64,000 bases of DNA from Lytechinus pictus. Its lineage: Eukaryota. This document shows, one piece after another, positions 11,010 through 22,878 of the stretch (position 1 is its first letter; each line of letters begins with the position of its first letter). The position numbers and the translations under genes were made by a program. The DNA lies in assembly GCF_037042905.1 (NCBI RefSeq), contig NC_087245.1:29824001-29888000 (forward strand), read 5' to 3'. The notes under the pieces are model-generated. The model saw only the letters and a program-made list of their open reading frames with translations. It was not told the origin of the DNA and searched no databases.

Positions 11010-11583
11010 TGTAGAGTGGCCAAATGTTCAATGATACACCTCACATAACCATTCGTAAAACAAGCAAACTCAAATCATATCAAACAGCCAGAAGCACCAA
11101 ATAAGAAGAACCTAAAATATAATGAAGCTGAACTAAACTCAAAATAAAGATGTTGACAAAATGAAGTCCAGTGATGCTCTAATTTATTGGTCTGCAATCT
11201 AGACCTCACAAGGCATTGCCTTCACAAATTATATATTCAAATGTATTCAAAATAATGTCACATGATAAATTCAACCAATGGAGAAACAGAGAATGGGAGA
11301 ACCCAGAAAAGTGGAGGAACCAAGGGTGAAAGGTGAACCAATGAGGATGAGGTAAGATGATATGAATGAAGAAGAATGTTCTGAATGTAAATGAGAAAAT
11401 AACAATAGAAACATGTGAAGCTGTATGGAGTTGGAATGGCAATGGAATGATGTGATGTAGAAACTAAGGAATGAGAGAAACAGGTGTGTGACAATGGTAT
11501 GGAAATAGAAAGTGAAGAGAAGTATGGAAAGCAAATGGTGAAATAAACAATAAGATTAAATAAGGCAAAATTCAACTCTTACA
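11010..11583 (-). repeat. 5' LTR
   Basis: Direct repeat of 6972-7545; the ORF track gives identical translations in both copies. Confidence 0.95.
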
Positions 11584-12549
11584 TTAGCATTCTACTAGCT
11601 TAATAAATAGAGTTAAAGGCAAAAACATACAAAAAACAACAAATTAGGGCAAATTTCATATGCTTATTTGCATAATTAATTAATGAAAAAAATATAAACA
11701 ATTAATTTTTGTCTTATAAATTTGATGCAGAAGTACATGAAATTGCTGATAGTACACTTAATCGCATGTAAAATCAAACGCACCCAAATATGCGGAATTC
11801 TACTAATCAGTCTGCTTGCGTGAGTGGCTGTATAATAGAAAACATTAAGTTCAACGAATCCACACTTTAATATTTTGAACTTGAATAAAATAAAGCAAAT
11901 TGGCTAAAACCATGTAATATTACAGTTTTAAGTAGTTTTAGTATAATTCTTAATTGACCATGCAGTGTTCCAACTTACCCCTCACCATGTTCCAACTTAC
12001 CCCGTATTGGGGTAAGTTGGAACGTTTGCGATGGTCTTGTTCAAGGTGGGTTTTTTCAGTAACCATAATAGAGTTAAAAATCTTATGGGGTACATATGAA
12101 GCCCTTAGATATATGCTTCAAGCTGATATATAGATTGTTTCTCGAATAAAATCTATTTGGATTTTACAGCCATTTTTGTCAAAAATGTTCCAACTAACCC
12201 CGGTCTCCCCTATATGTAATTTAAGTAAAGACTAAATTTCAACACTGTCAACTGCCAAGTCATTTTGTTGAAAAAGTAAGACCAATTTCATTTAGGGGAA
12301 ACTTCTTTCGTGTCTTGTCTTTCTGTTGATGCCCACAATCAAATTGTTGATTATCATGGCAAAGTTGAAAAAGTTATCTTGACATTTCTGTGCTTATGAT
12401 TTTTTGTTGGTTTTCTTTTAAGATGAAAAAAGAGAAGACTTTGCTGGGGATGCCATTTATTTGCTGACCCTTGTCAACGGTTGCAGCACACACTACCTCA
12501 GCTGGTAGACAATTCAGTCCTTGAAAATATGAGGCAGGAATCAAGATCC

Positions 12550-13503
12550 TTTTTGTCTCACCTGCATAGCAGAGTGAGACTATAGGCGCCGCTTTTCCGA
12601 CGGCGACGGCGGCGGCGGCGGCGTCAACACCAAATCTTAACCTGAGGTTAAGTTTTTGAAATGACAGCATAACTTAGAAAGTATATGGACCTAGTTCATG
12701 AAACTTGGCCATAAGGTTAATCAAGTATTACTGAACATCCTGCCTGAGTTTCATGTCACATGACCAAGGTCAAAGGTCATTTAGGGTCAATGAACTTAGA
12801 CCATGTTGGGGGAATCAACATCAAAATCTTAACCTAAGGTTAAGTTTTTGAAATGTCATCATAACTTAGAAAATATATGGACCTAGTTCATGAAACTTAT
12901 ACATAAGGTTAATCAAGTATCACTGAACATCCTGCATGAGTTTCACATCACATGACCAAGGTCAAAGGTCATTTAGGGTCAATGAACTTTGGCCGAATGG
13001 GGGTATCTGTTGAATTACCATCATAACTTTGAAAGTTTATGGATCTGATTCATGAAACTTGGACATAATAGTAATCAAGTATTACTGAATATCCTGTGCA
13101 AGTTTCAGGTCACATGATCAAGGTCATTTAGGGTCAATGAACTTTGGCCAAATTGGGGTATTTGTTGAATTACAGCCATAAATTTGAAAGTGTGTTGGTC
13201 TAGTTCATAAAACTTGGACATAATAGTAATCAAGTATCACTGAACATCCTGTGCGAGTTTCAGGTCACATGATGAAGGTCAAGGGTCATGTAAGGTCAAA
13301 TAACTTTGGCCACGTTGGGGGTATTTGTTGAATTGCCATCATATCTCTATAAGTGTATTGGTCTAGTTCATAAAACGTGGAAATAAGAGTAACCAAGTAT
13401 CACTGAACATCTTGTGCGAGTTATAGTAGTTTTCAAAATCAGCACTGCTGCTATATTGAATCGCGTGATGCAGGTGAGACGGCCAGAGGCATTCCACTTG
13501 TTT
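12550..13503 (+). mobile_element. Helentron-associated (HINE/DINE-1-like) element, copy 1
   Basis: T-run ends; subterminal IR gtctcacctgca / tgcaggtgagac; 5' hairpin; (GGC)n microsatellite; about 5 tandem 160-190-bp units; no TSD. Confidence 0.8.
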
Positions 13504-13569
13504 ATATTTATAATTATATTGATTCAAATTTCTAACTAGTTATTCATTTCACTGAAACAGCTAACCTCC

Positions 13570-13783
13570 ATGATGTCCGACTACATGAGGATAGCTGGGG
13601 CTATCTTCCTGCCCAACCTTGGGGGATTTGCATCGAGCTTGGTCCAGAAACCTGATAAGATGGCATGGTATGACACCCTGAAGAAACCCTGGTGGACCCC
13701 ACCTAAGAAGGCCTTCGCACCTGTCTGGATATCCCTCTACGCGGCCATGGGGTATTCTTCGTACCTTGTCTGGAAAGATGGAG
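13570..13783 (+). CDS. TSPO: TSPO coding exon 1
   Basis: Acceptor ...aaacag at 13560, ATG 13570, donor gtaacg. Confidence 0.93.
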
Positions 13784-16700
13784 GTAACGGAACTTTAATC
13801 ATTGACTGATTTTGTTTCATGAGGGGGGGGGGGCTATAGTTAGGGATACATGACCATGGACAGGGGTGGGGCTAGAGTTAGGAATACATGACCATGGACG
13901 GGGGGACAAGTGGGGCTGGTAGTTGCTTATAAATGCCTCACAATTTTTCCTTGAGCCCACTTTTTAATTGTAAAATTTTGCAATGATCCATTTGAAATTT
14001 GCATCAGTATTTTGACTTTTTACTTAAAATTCAATCCATTTGAAATCTGCATTATTATTTTGACTTTTTATTTCAAAAATTTTGCATGATCTATACAGCC
14101 ACAGTACAAGTACATGTAGGACAAAAGGGCATGTAATTTGTCAGTTTGCTCTTTTAAAGTTGTTATCTTGTCATTGATTGCTACATGGAGTTACAAAGCT
14201 CATATATCTTGACTTTCAGAATGAATGACGGTATTAATTACTATTTTTTCTATACACGTTTTATGTAAGTGATAAAATTATGCTTGTAGTTATGCTTGTA
14301 TTAGCTTGTAGTTCTTTTGGTTTATTTCTCATATCTACCATGACAGTGGTTGCGTAATTTGTTTTAGTGACGTTTGAGGGGCCTTGTGTTACAACCGTCG
14401 TTATTCGAACTGGTGGTGTATTGAATCCCACAGGAATTTATATGAATATAGGGTATGAAAACAAAACACTTATTATTTACATTATTGTCAAACACTTCTA
14501 TTTGCAGGTGGTTTTCAAGGCGATGCCTTGGTCCCACTTTGTAGCTATGGAGCATCGCTAGCCCTCAACTGGATTTGGACCCCAGTATTCTTTGGAATGC
14601 GCAAGATGGGATTGGTAAGTGCAATTTTTATTACTTACCGGAGAAACAAAAAAACCAAAGATGAGGATACATGTGTGCATAACCTATTGGCACATCATTT
14701 GTTCACTGAAATAGATATTTCCAACATTCATAATGGCATCCGCTGGTGTATTTTTTTATCAGGTGAATTGTAATGAAGTGATTAATGTATTATGAAATTA
14801 TTAATCAAATGAAATTGAAAAAAAATAATGAAAATGAACTATGACCTACTTAAAATAAACACTTAATGGAAAACAGTTCAAATTTTTTTTGACTTGTAAT
14901 GGAAATAAACAAAATTACAATTTCCATTTATAGAGTATTTCATCATCTAACTTATGTTAATTAATCTACATTTATAAGTGAAAACTCTTAAATAACAACC
15001 CTTATTTGCATGACATTATTGCAGGTGGTTTTAAAGGCGATGCCTTGGTCCCACTTTGGTCCCACTTTGGTCCTACTTTTTTCCCCTCCAAATGACAAGT
15101 TCTCCCAACTTGAATTATTTCCATTTCATTGCTAAATCAATTTTCTTGATGTGTTTAAATGCAGCCAGGGAGAAATTATCAAAGTTCATATTGTCTACCC
15201 TGGAAGGGGAATGTGTCTATTTCTTTTGTTTTTCATATATATCCCGATTCATTGGATTTTGCAAGAGGAATGTGAAATATATTTCATAGTAACAATATAT
15301 TTTTTTTAATGCAATAATATAATTGGTTTACAGTGCTGAACTGGTAGCTGTGTTGCAAAGCTTTGTCGTGCCATCTGTGAACGAGCCCTTATTACATATA
15401 TGAGATGGTTAGCGTACATGTAGCTAGAGAAATTTGATAGGTGATGGATATATTATAGGGTTATCACCTAGCCTTCAGTTTAATTATAGAATGGCATGTG
15501 AATATGAGGTCATTGAAAGAGATATGATACAGGTTATCTACCCACAGGACAATTACCCCTCCGAGTGATTGACTTTTGAGAATACATAATACTCTGAGAA
15601 CAGTTCTAATAGCTTGTTGCTGTATTTTAATGCTGTATAATATCATGCATATTTCTTTGCAAAAGTCATATGCCTAAAAATTTTTGAAATAGTTTTGATG
15701 CCACATGTGTGCGAATTAAGTAATACATTAGAAGTAAAAGTGGATGTTTTGTTGTGTGTGTTTGTGGGGGGGGGGGGGGGGGGTAAATCCGTAATATGAC
15801 TTTTTCTCAGCAGAACATGGCTAATATACAGAGTCAATAGACCTAGACCAATGTTTTTATGCTCTTCTTTCTTTTTTCTTTTCTCCACTTTTCTTCCTCT
15901 TGCTTTTTTCCACCTTACTAAAAAAGAAAATCATAGGGGGTTGTCCTCTGTCCCTTCTTTAGCGCTGTCCCTGATTTCCTGAGGGGGGGGGGGGTGCCCG
16001 GTGGGGGTGGAGCAAAGGGCTAGTCATCTCTGTCAGAGGTGGTAATTATTAAAGTGATAAACAATCTCTACCAGTGTTGTTTGACTATACAAGATCAATT
16101 CAAAATGACTCAAGTCAAGTGGGGTGTAAACTGTTGTTGATTTGATGACGTGGGTCATTTTCGGCTCAGGTATGACTACTTTTGTCCTTTAGATGAGATA
16201 AAGAAAAGCCTGTCCCTATTCAATTGTCTTTTGCACTTACACATCCATTTGCTTATGAGTTATGATATAATGAGCTGGTATTATTGTTTAGAAACCTATA
16301 GTTGCACATTACAATTTTTTCTTCTTTGTGTTTTACACTACATGTAGCATTAAAATTTAACTTGGAGTAGTTCTGTGTGAACACTGCGGTGTTAATCTGG
16401 AATAATTCTTTTTGTTTATTGATTTGAAATGAATGTCCTTTGTAGAAAATTCCTTTCACATCAGGTTTACAAAATTACGAATACATATGTACACACAGAG
16501 TGAGATAGACTTACAGTATTGTTGGTAACAAAAAATGCTGGATACTTTATTTTAAATAGAATATGTACAATTGAAAATTTAGAAATTAATTATTCAAGTA
16601 TTAATTGTTCTGTGAATCCATCTCCTGCTCCAATAAGCCTGTTCACGGTTGTAAACTGCGCACGAGCAGAAAAAGGTCATTGGAGACAACCATGAAGGTG

Positions 16701-17729
16701 GCTTTCAAATTCACTGACATAGGCATTTGTGATTTGATGATTATTCATGTATTCCTTTCAAAACATTTATCACGTCCAAGCTGAAGAGTAATAGATAGAG
16801 CCTTCATAATCACTGGTATTTGACAGTAGCCTAAACAATAGTCAAATGTGCCAAAGGCAGACAATAAAACAGATTTCCAAACTTTATCCCTGATGTACTA
16901 TTCTAGTCACCTGGTCTATACAATGCCTTTTGTTCTTAGAATTCGAATACTCTACCGGTAAAGCTTACGCAACATCTACATTTGAAAATGATAGTGCTTA
17001 TAATCCTAATGAAAAATCACAAAGGTCATTGGAGAAAAGTTGATCATGAGCTAACCGTGAACTGGCTTATACAGAATAGGTCTGTACTGAGGCTGGGGGT
17101 GGAAGGAGTATTGCGATGAAAGTAAATTAAGTGTGAAGAAGTATTATGAAAAGGGAAGTTTAATACCATTTCATTGTAAGAAAAATGCCCCCCCCCCCCT
17201 TTCCCCAGCCTATTTGATTACTGTACTATTAAACACATTATATTATTTTCAGCTTTAAGTATGTTTTTCTTCAGACGGCTGATACTCTTTAAATTGAAGG
17301 AAATTATACTTATCATCATCATCAGCATTTCAAATCTGTTTCCCTACTTTGGGGGGTTGGACTGTTCATTCCCTTGATGGCCCTGTTCCGTACTGTCCTG
17401 TTATTTGGGTCAATGTGGGTGATGTTTGACACTGATTTGTCTTCTTTAATGGATCCCCCCATTGTCTTGTGAGGTCAAGGGGGGCGAAACTATCAAAGAA
17501 GACAAAAATATTTTTGAGTTTGACAAGCGACCTTTGTTTTGTATTTTTCCTGCAGTCTGTAGCCATCATCCTAGCTTACTCTGGCCTGAGCTGTGTGAAT
17601 GTAGCTCTGTTCTACCCCATCAATCGGACCGCTTCCATGCTCCTCATACCCCTCCTTGGCTGGCTCTCCATTGCATCTAGCGTCAACATCTACACTTGGC
17701 TAAACAACAGAGAAACCAAGACAGAATAA
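13570..17729 (+). CDS. TSPO: Translocator protein (TspO/MBR family), 3 coding exons, 164 aa
   Basis: join(13570-13783,14508-14614,17556-17729), GT-AG introns with consistent phases. Motifs [65 protein letters not shown]. Confidence 0.95.
14508..14614 (+). CDS. TSPO: TSPO coding exon 2
   Basis: tttgcag|...[19 protein letters not shown]|gtaagt. Confidence 0.93.
16633..17070. mobile_element. MITE
   Basis: 18-bp TIR ataagcctgttcacggtt / aaccgtgaactggcttat with one mismatch. Confidence 0.6.
17556..17729 (+). CDS. TSPO: TSPO coding exon 3
   Basis: cctgcag|[10 protein letters not shown]...[14 protein letters not shown]...TE*. Confidence 0.93.
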   Translation, partial: SVAIILAYSGLSCVNVALFYPINRTASMLLIPLLGWLSIASSVNIYTWLNNRETKTE

Positions 17730-19567
17730 TATCAATTATTATTTAGTGTAATGTAAACTTGGACATTTTTGTGTGATGAATCTGTGAGTTATAAAGAGGG
17801 TGTGTTCACATCAGTCTGACTTCTCCTGGGGCCGGTTGCATGAAATGGTCTTTTCAAGGACCGTCTTTCGCGTTCTTGATTTATTTTGATGTGCCATATA
17901 AAATACCTTTTTAACAAATTATTTGCCAACATTTGTTTATTTACCCATTAAAATGAATGAACCCATTGTTAATAAATATGATATATTATTTCATAATTTA
18001 ATTTCAAAAGTTTGCGAAACAATTTTGATATTTGGCAATAAATTTACAAATGGCGTCATATGGTACATCAAAATAAATGGGTGACACAAAAGACCTTCCT
18101 TTTGAAGAGTAAGACCCTTTTATGCCATCAGCCTGGAAGTTGTTTTAAATTAAAAATCAAACTTGTATCAGGTCTTAGGGTGTATGTTTCACAAGATGCT
18201 AAAAATATCACATTTATGCCATGTACAGTTAATCCTTTTTAGCACTGCCAGGTATTATAACTTGATTGATTATACATTCAACTGGACAGATTATCTTTTG
18301 TTGGATTACTACATATTCACATAATCAATTAATCATCTCAACTTTTCTCAAGCATACTTTTAACTTCCATGATATTTTGATTGACAGTTTCTTTTCAAAG
18401 TGTTTATATCTATCAATCATTTCACAAAAAATTTGATTTTTCTTTAATAGCTAAGATACATGCCCATTGTCTCCCAAAATGAATACATTTATGCCCCCGT
18501 AAATGAAATATATATGAAAAGGGAAGGGTGACGGGTTTTCATAATTAATGCCCGAGGTACAAATAATATTGCTACATGAACTTATCCATGTTAACAGAAA
18601 AGTACCATTTACATGTGTTTAAAGGTATTTGATGAAGTACTGTGTGAAATTACTTTAGTATACTGTATATATCTTGAATGTAACGACATAGGAGTGTTGT
18701 TGTAAAGTTTTAAATATCTATCTGAAGTAAATGCAGTGCAATTCCTAAGATGATTTTTAAAGATTGTTTTACTGCATGATAATAAAAAAATTTCTTGTTG
18801 ATATAAAATCTTCTTTGAGAATGGGAATTAAATAATTCAATTCAATTATATTCAAAGTTTATTTCAATCAAACAATCAGTCAATTAATCAATCAATCATA
18901 GAATACAAATATATACAGATTTAGATAAAAACAAGTGTTGCTAAATACATACATGAATTATTGAATTGATTTAAAACTGAATGAATAGTAAATTTTGAAG
19001 CATTAACTTGAAAAGCACATGAAGATATCTTTGAAGTTGAAAGAACACTGATAAATTACTATCCATATTTGGCTTTGAGAAAGAAAGATTCAGTTCAAAC
19101 CATATTGCACAAGCCAAAGACAAATGTAATAGAGTCTCAGCAGAGTGCTATTCATTTTTACTTCTTTATCCCTTCTTATGCAGATATTTTGTAATGTTGA
19201 AAAAAAAATCCAAGTATGTTTCTTGCCAGATGATCAGTTGGAAGAACTCTAAAACTTCATCATAAATTTATTTGTGTTAATTTTCTTGTGTTAAACAGGA
19301 TTTGATATGTCTGACTTGTATAATTATGTAGATCTCTCTTTTATAAACTATTTACATTTATGTATGCATTTTCAGTTTATATACCAACTAAGATGTAATT
19401 AATTATGTAAAGTAATCTTTGTGAAAATGTTCAATTTTTGTTGGATTTTTTTCTTCAGAAATACATTTATCCCTCGTTTAAAGTTATTGTTCGATGAGCC
19501 AAAGATTGTTTGCATTGCATGTGTGTGATATTGTCCAGTCATGTTGTTTTAGTGGGAGAAGGCTTGA

Positions 19568-20036
19568 AGGGGAAGTTCACCCTGAAGAAAAGTTTGTTGT
19601 AAAAATAGCAGAACAAAATAATGAAAAATATTGGTGAAAGTTTGAGGAAAAAGATCAAGAAAGTTATTAGAATCTTAAATTTTGGATTTGTGACGTCATA
19701 AACAAGCAGCTGCCCCATATGTCATGTAAATATAAAATACAATATTTTCATTTTTTTAATGGTTCGCTTTGACTTATTCTTGTTTCCTTTTTAGGAATGG
19801 GTGTGAAATGATACTGAAGGTTCAGTAAAACCATTTTTCATTTTCTGAGAAAATTACATTTCATTGATTTTGTTACCATAAAATATGTAGGAAAGATGCT
19901 TGCATATTACATCACAAATCAAATAAGTTAAATTTTTTATTCAATGATGGATTTTTCTCAAACCTTCAGCAATATTTTTATTATTATTTTTTTTTTGTAT
20001 TTTACAATAAACTTTTTTTCAGGGTGAACTTCCCCT
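19568..20036. mobile_element. TTAA-type (Kolobok-like) MITE family A, copy 1
   Basis: TIR aggggaagttcaccctgaa / ttcagggtgaacttcccct; flanks ttga and ttaa. Confidence 0.8.
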
Positions 20037-21561
20037 TTAAAAGCCGGCTTAAAAGTTATGTAAAGAAGGAAGAGAGCACAAACATATTATTTTGTTATAT
20101 GATTTATATGAAAGTGATTAAAAATGATTCTTGACATTATTTGCTTGTTGAAGATGGAACAAGCATGACAACTGTTCCATACTGATAACAACTTATATGG
20201 CCACTTGCTGCCAATATAATGGTTTGCATAATTTTTCTTTATTTCAAAGTCCAATATGCAGAAATTTCATAAGTTTGAATGCTATGGCCCCTGGCTGCCA
20301 ATATAATGGTTTGCATAATTTTTCTTATTTCAAAGTCCAATATGCAAACATTTCATAGGTTTGAATGTTAATCATAAAAGCTTTTATCTCACTCTGAGTG
20401 CAGTTATGAACCAAAGATTTATTTGTTTCGGGGGTTGTTGTAAACTTTCAGAATAATTAGTTACAGAATGTCAACATTTACAGCAAATTTATGCATTTAT
20501 GCACCTTCTAGTATTGTCATGTATTGGAAGAACTTTCGTGTAATGAACCTTCAGATGAACTGTCAATTTAATGAGTAAATAACTTGAATAACCTGAGGAT
20601 AAACATATTCAGTATGCTTTGCTCCTTCTTAATGTTCATATTACTCTTCAAGACAATCTACCAACTGCAAATTGACAAAATCACAACATGTAGACGAAGA
20701 GGGAAGGGGGATTCTCAAATGAATCATATTAATTTGGTACTGATTGGCAATTGCTTAACTTATGATTATTCTTGTGCACCCTGTTTTGTGTGTAGTCATA
20801 ATGAATATTTTATGATTAAGTATTTGGAAGCATACCCTTTTCTGTAAAGTGATTTTCATGAAAGTGATGAAATATATATATAAATAGTATTAACGTCAGT
20901 TCAATTTCATTTGTCATAATTATTTCCAACTGGAAATGGACTGTCAAATATCTACTACAATCTCATGAAATTTAAGTCTGTACTAACTCAATTCCTTAGA
21001 TATTTTACCACATTATACTGGTCAATCACATGGTATTAGCCCTCCAAAATCGCCTTTGAACAAGTTTTCTGCCAACTGAAATCATCATGAGACAGTTCAT
21101 AAAGGAGAAATTCAATTCACCCTGATGATAATTCAGTTTTAACCCCCCCCAAAAAAAAGTATTGTTGCAGGTTTGATGAAAATCTGTCTAAGAATATGAA
21201 CTTATAAGGTTATGGATGCTTAAAGTTTTATTTTGTGACGGAACAGAAAAGTGGCCCCTCAATATGTTTGGTGATATAAATTCCCCAAATTGCCATTTTT
21301 TTGTCAAAAAAATTGAACTCATATTTTATTTGTGCAGGGGATGTATCAGAGGTATCATTTCATTCCTTCTATAAAGGGGTTTGAAAAATATTTTTATTCC
21401 CATTAAAAAATTTGAATTGTGGGATTATATCACATTAAGGGGGAGCTGCTCGCATTATATGACACGTACAAATGAAAATTATATTTATGGCTCTCTTATC
21501 CTCTGAAGGATTTTCATTAACCCTTACCAATATTTTTCTCTATTATTTCTGCTTTTATTAA

Positions 21562-22077
21562 AGAGGAAATTCACCCTGAAGAAAAGTTTGTTTCAAAAGT
21601 AGCAGAAAAAACAATAAAAAATATCGAAGGTTTATTAAATATTAGGAAAGTTATTAGAATTTAAAGTTTTGAATTTGTGATGTCATAAATGAGAAGATGC
21701 AGCATATGCAATATAAAATGCATAAATTTCATTTTTTATTGGTTCATGATAACTCTTTTTTCTTTTTAGGAACAGGTGTGAATGGTTTGTGTATTGTTAT
21801 ACAGGAGGTACATTAAAATCCATTTTTAATTTTTCTCAGAAAATGGAAAAATTGAAAATGGATTTTATTGTACCTCTGGTATAACAATACACAAACCATT
21901 CACACCTGTTCCTAAAATATGTAGGAACGCTGCTCACATATGATCACAAATCAAATAATTAAAATTCTAATAATTTTTATAATGCTTTGATGGCTTTTTT
22001 TCAAACCTTCGGCAATATTTTTAAAAATTATTTCTTCTATTTTTACCATCAACTTTTTGTCAGGGTGAACTTCCCCT
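21562..22077. mobile_element. TTAA-type (Kolobok-like) MITE family A, copy 2 (a more degenerate relative lies at ~21100-21560)
   Basis: Same TIR and body as 19568-20036. Confidence 0.8.
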
Positions 22078-22837
22078 TTGAAACATTCTAAATGCATTTA
22101 CTGTAGGTTAATTAGATCTTTGAAAGTATTACATTCAAACACATTTAAAAAAAGATCAAGTGGAGGTCAACAATATGTGCTCCTTGGTTGAAATTCAAGT
22201 TATGCTCCATTCCAAATGTTTATCCAACATGCTCTTGCTCAGGGATTTTTTTTTTTCGGGGGGGGGGGGGGGGGGTAATAACCCAAAGCTAATGCCATTT
22301 TGTCCATATCATTTAAACAATAGAGGTATTATATTATAGAGTTAGTCAACCCAGAAATACTCTTACACTCTTACTTTCTCATTTCTTACTGTTTCCCCTT
22401 CCCTTTTTTTCACTACTTTGAAAATCATAATGGGCTGGCACCAGAACCTCTTGATAGGATAGAAGATAACTTGATATTATAATTTTGGCAGTGACAAGAT
22501 AAGGGAAAGCAGCACCATAATCTTCACTTCCGGGTGGTCTTAGCATATAAAATGTAACTATTGCTACTAGTGGAGAGAAACGAAGACAAGAGGAAGAAGG
22601 GATGAGGTCGGGGGAAAGGTCAAGAGACGAGGGATGGAGAGGAAGAATGAAAGAGGGGGAGAGAAGGAATGAGAAAAAAGGAAGTGAGAGAAAAGTGAGA
22701 AGCTAGCTAGCTAGAGAGGGCGCTACATCTGATTGCGCAACGGGGTGACATCTAACCATTTCTGGAAAGCGAGACAGCTACATTCGGGCTTTATTTTCTG
22801 GTTTTCAAAATAATTGAATAGGCATCAGTGACAAAAT

Positions 22838-22878
22838 ATGGAGTACATAGAGACCCAAGATTCAACACAGTGTATGAT
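22838..22878 (+). CDS. NMD3: NMD3 exon 1 (MEYIETQDSTQCMI)
   Basis: ATG GAG TAC...AT|gtaagt; phase 2 matches exon 2; the MEY start resembles vertebrate NMD3. Confidence 0.85.

Larger units (their letters stand above)
6972..11583 (-). mobile_element. Non-autonomous Gypsy/Ty3-type LTR retrotransposon, 4612 bp, structurally complete
   Basis: Two 574-bp LTRs with TG...CA ends; TTAG TSD (6968-6971, 11584-11587); PBS next to the right LTR and PPT next to the left LTR on the - strand; one long ORF with Gag-like and integrase zinc-binding motifs. Confidence 0.93.
6504..11750. mobile_element. Truncated TTAA-CCC (piggyBac-like) non-autonomous element, split by the LTR retrotransposon
   Basis: Begins ttaa|cccttatcaaactggggg...gtcaatttga; the sequence on either side of the LTR element's TTAG TSD appears continuous; no right TIR found, so the right boundary is approximate. 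Confidence 0.4.
5920..12210. mobile_element. Non-autonomous TA-flanked DNA transposon (Tc1/mariner/pogo-like), host of nested insertions
   Basis: 24-bp TIR ggggagaccggggttagttggaac / gttccaactaaccccggtctcccc; TA on both sides (5918-19, 12211-12); subterminal agttggaac repeats at both ends. Confidence 0.85.

Noticed and set aside
12374..12670. Repeated poly-Ala ORF MLSFQKLNLRLRFGVDAAAA (also 41557-41739, 52997-53191)
   Set aside because: Translation of the (GGC)n end of the HINE; the C-termini differ with the flanking DNA.
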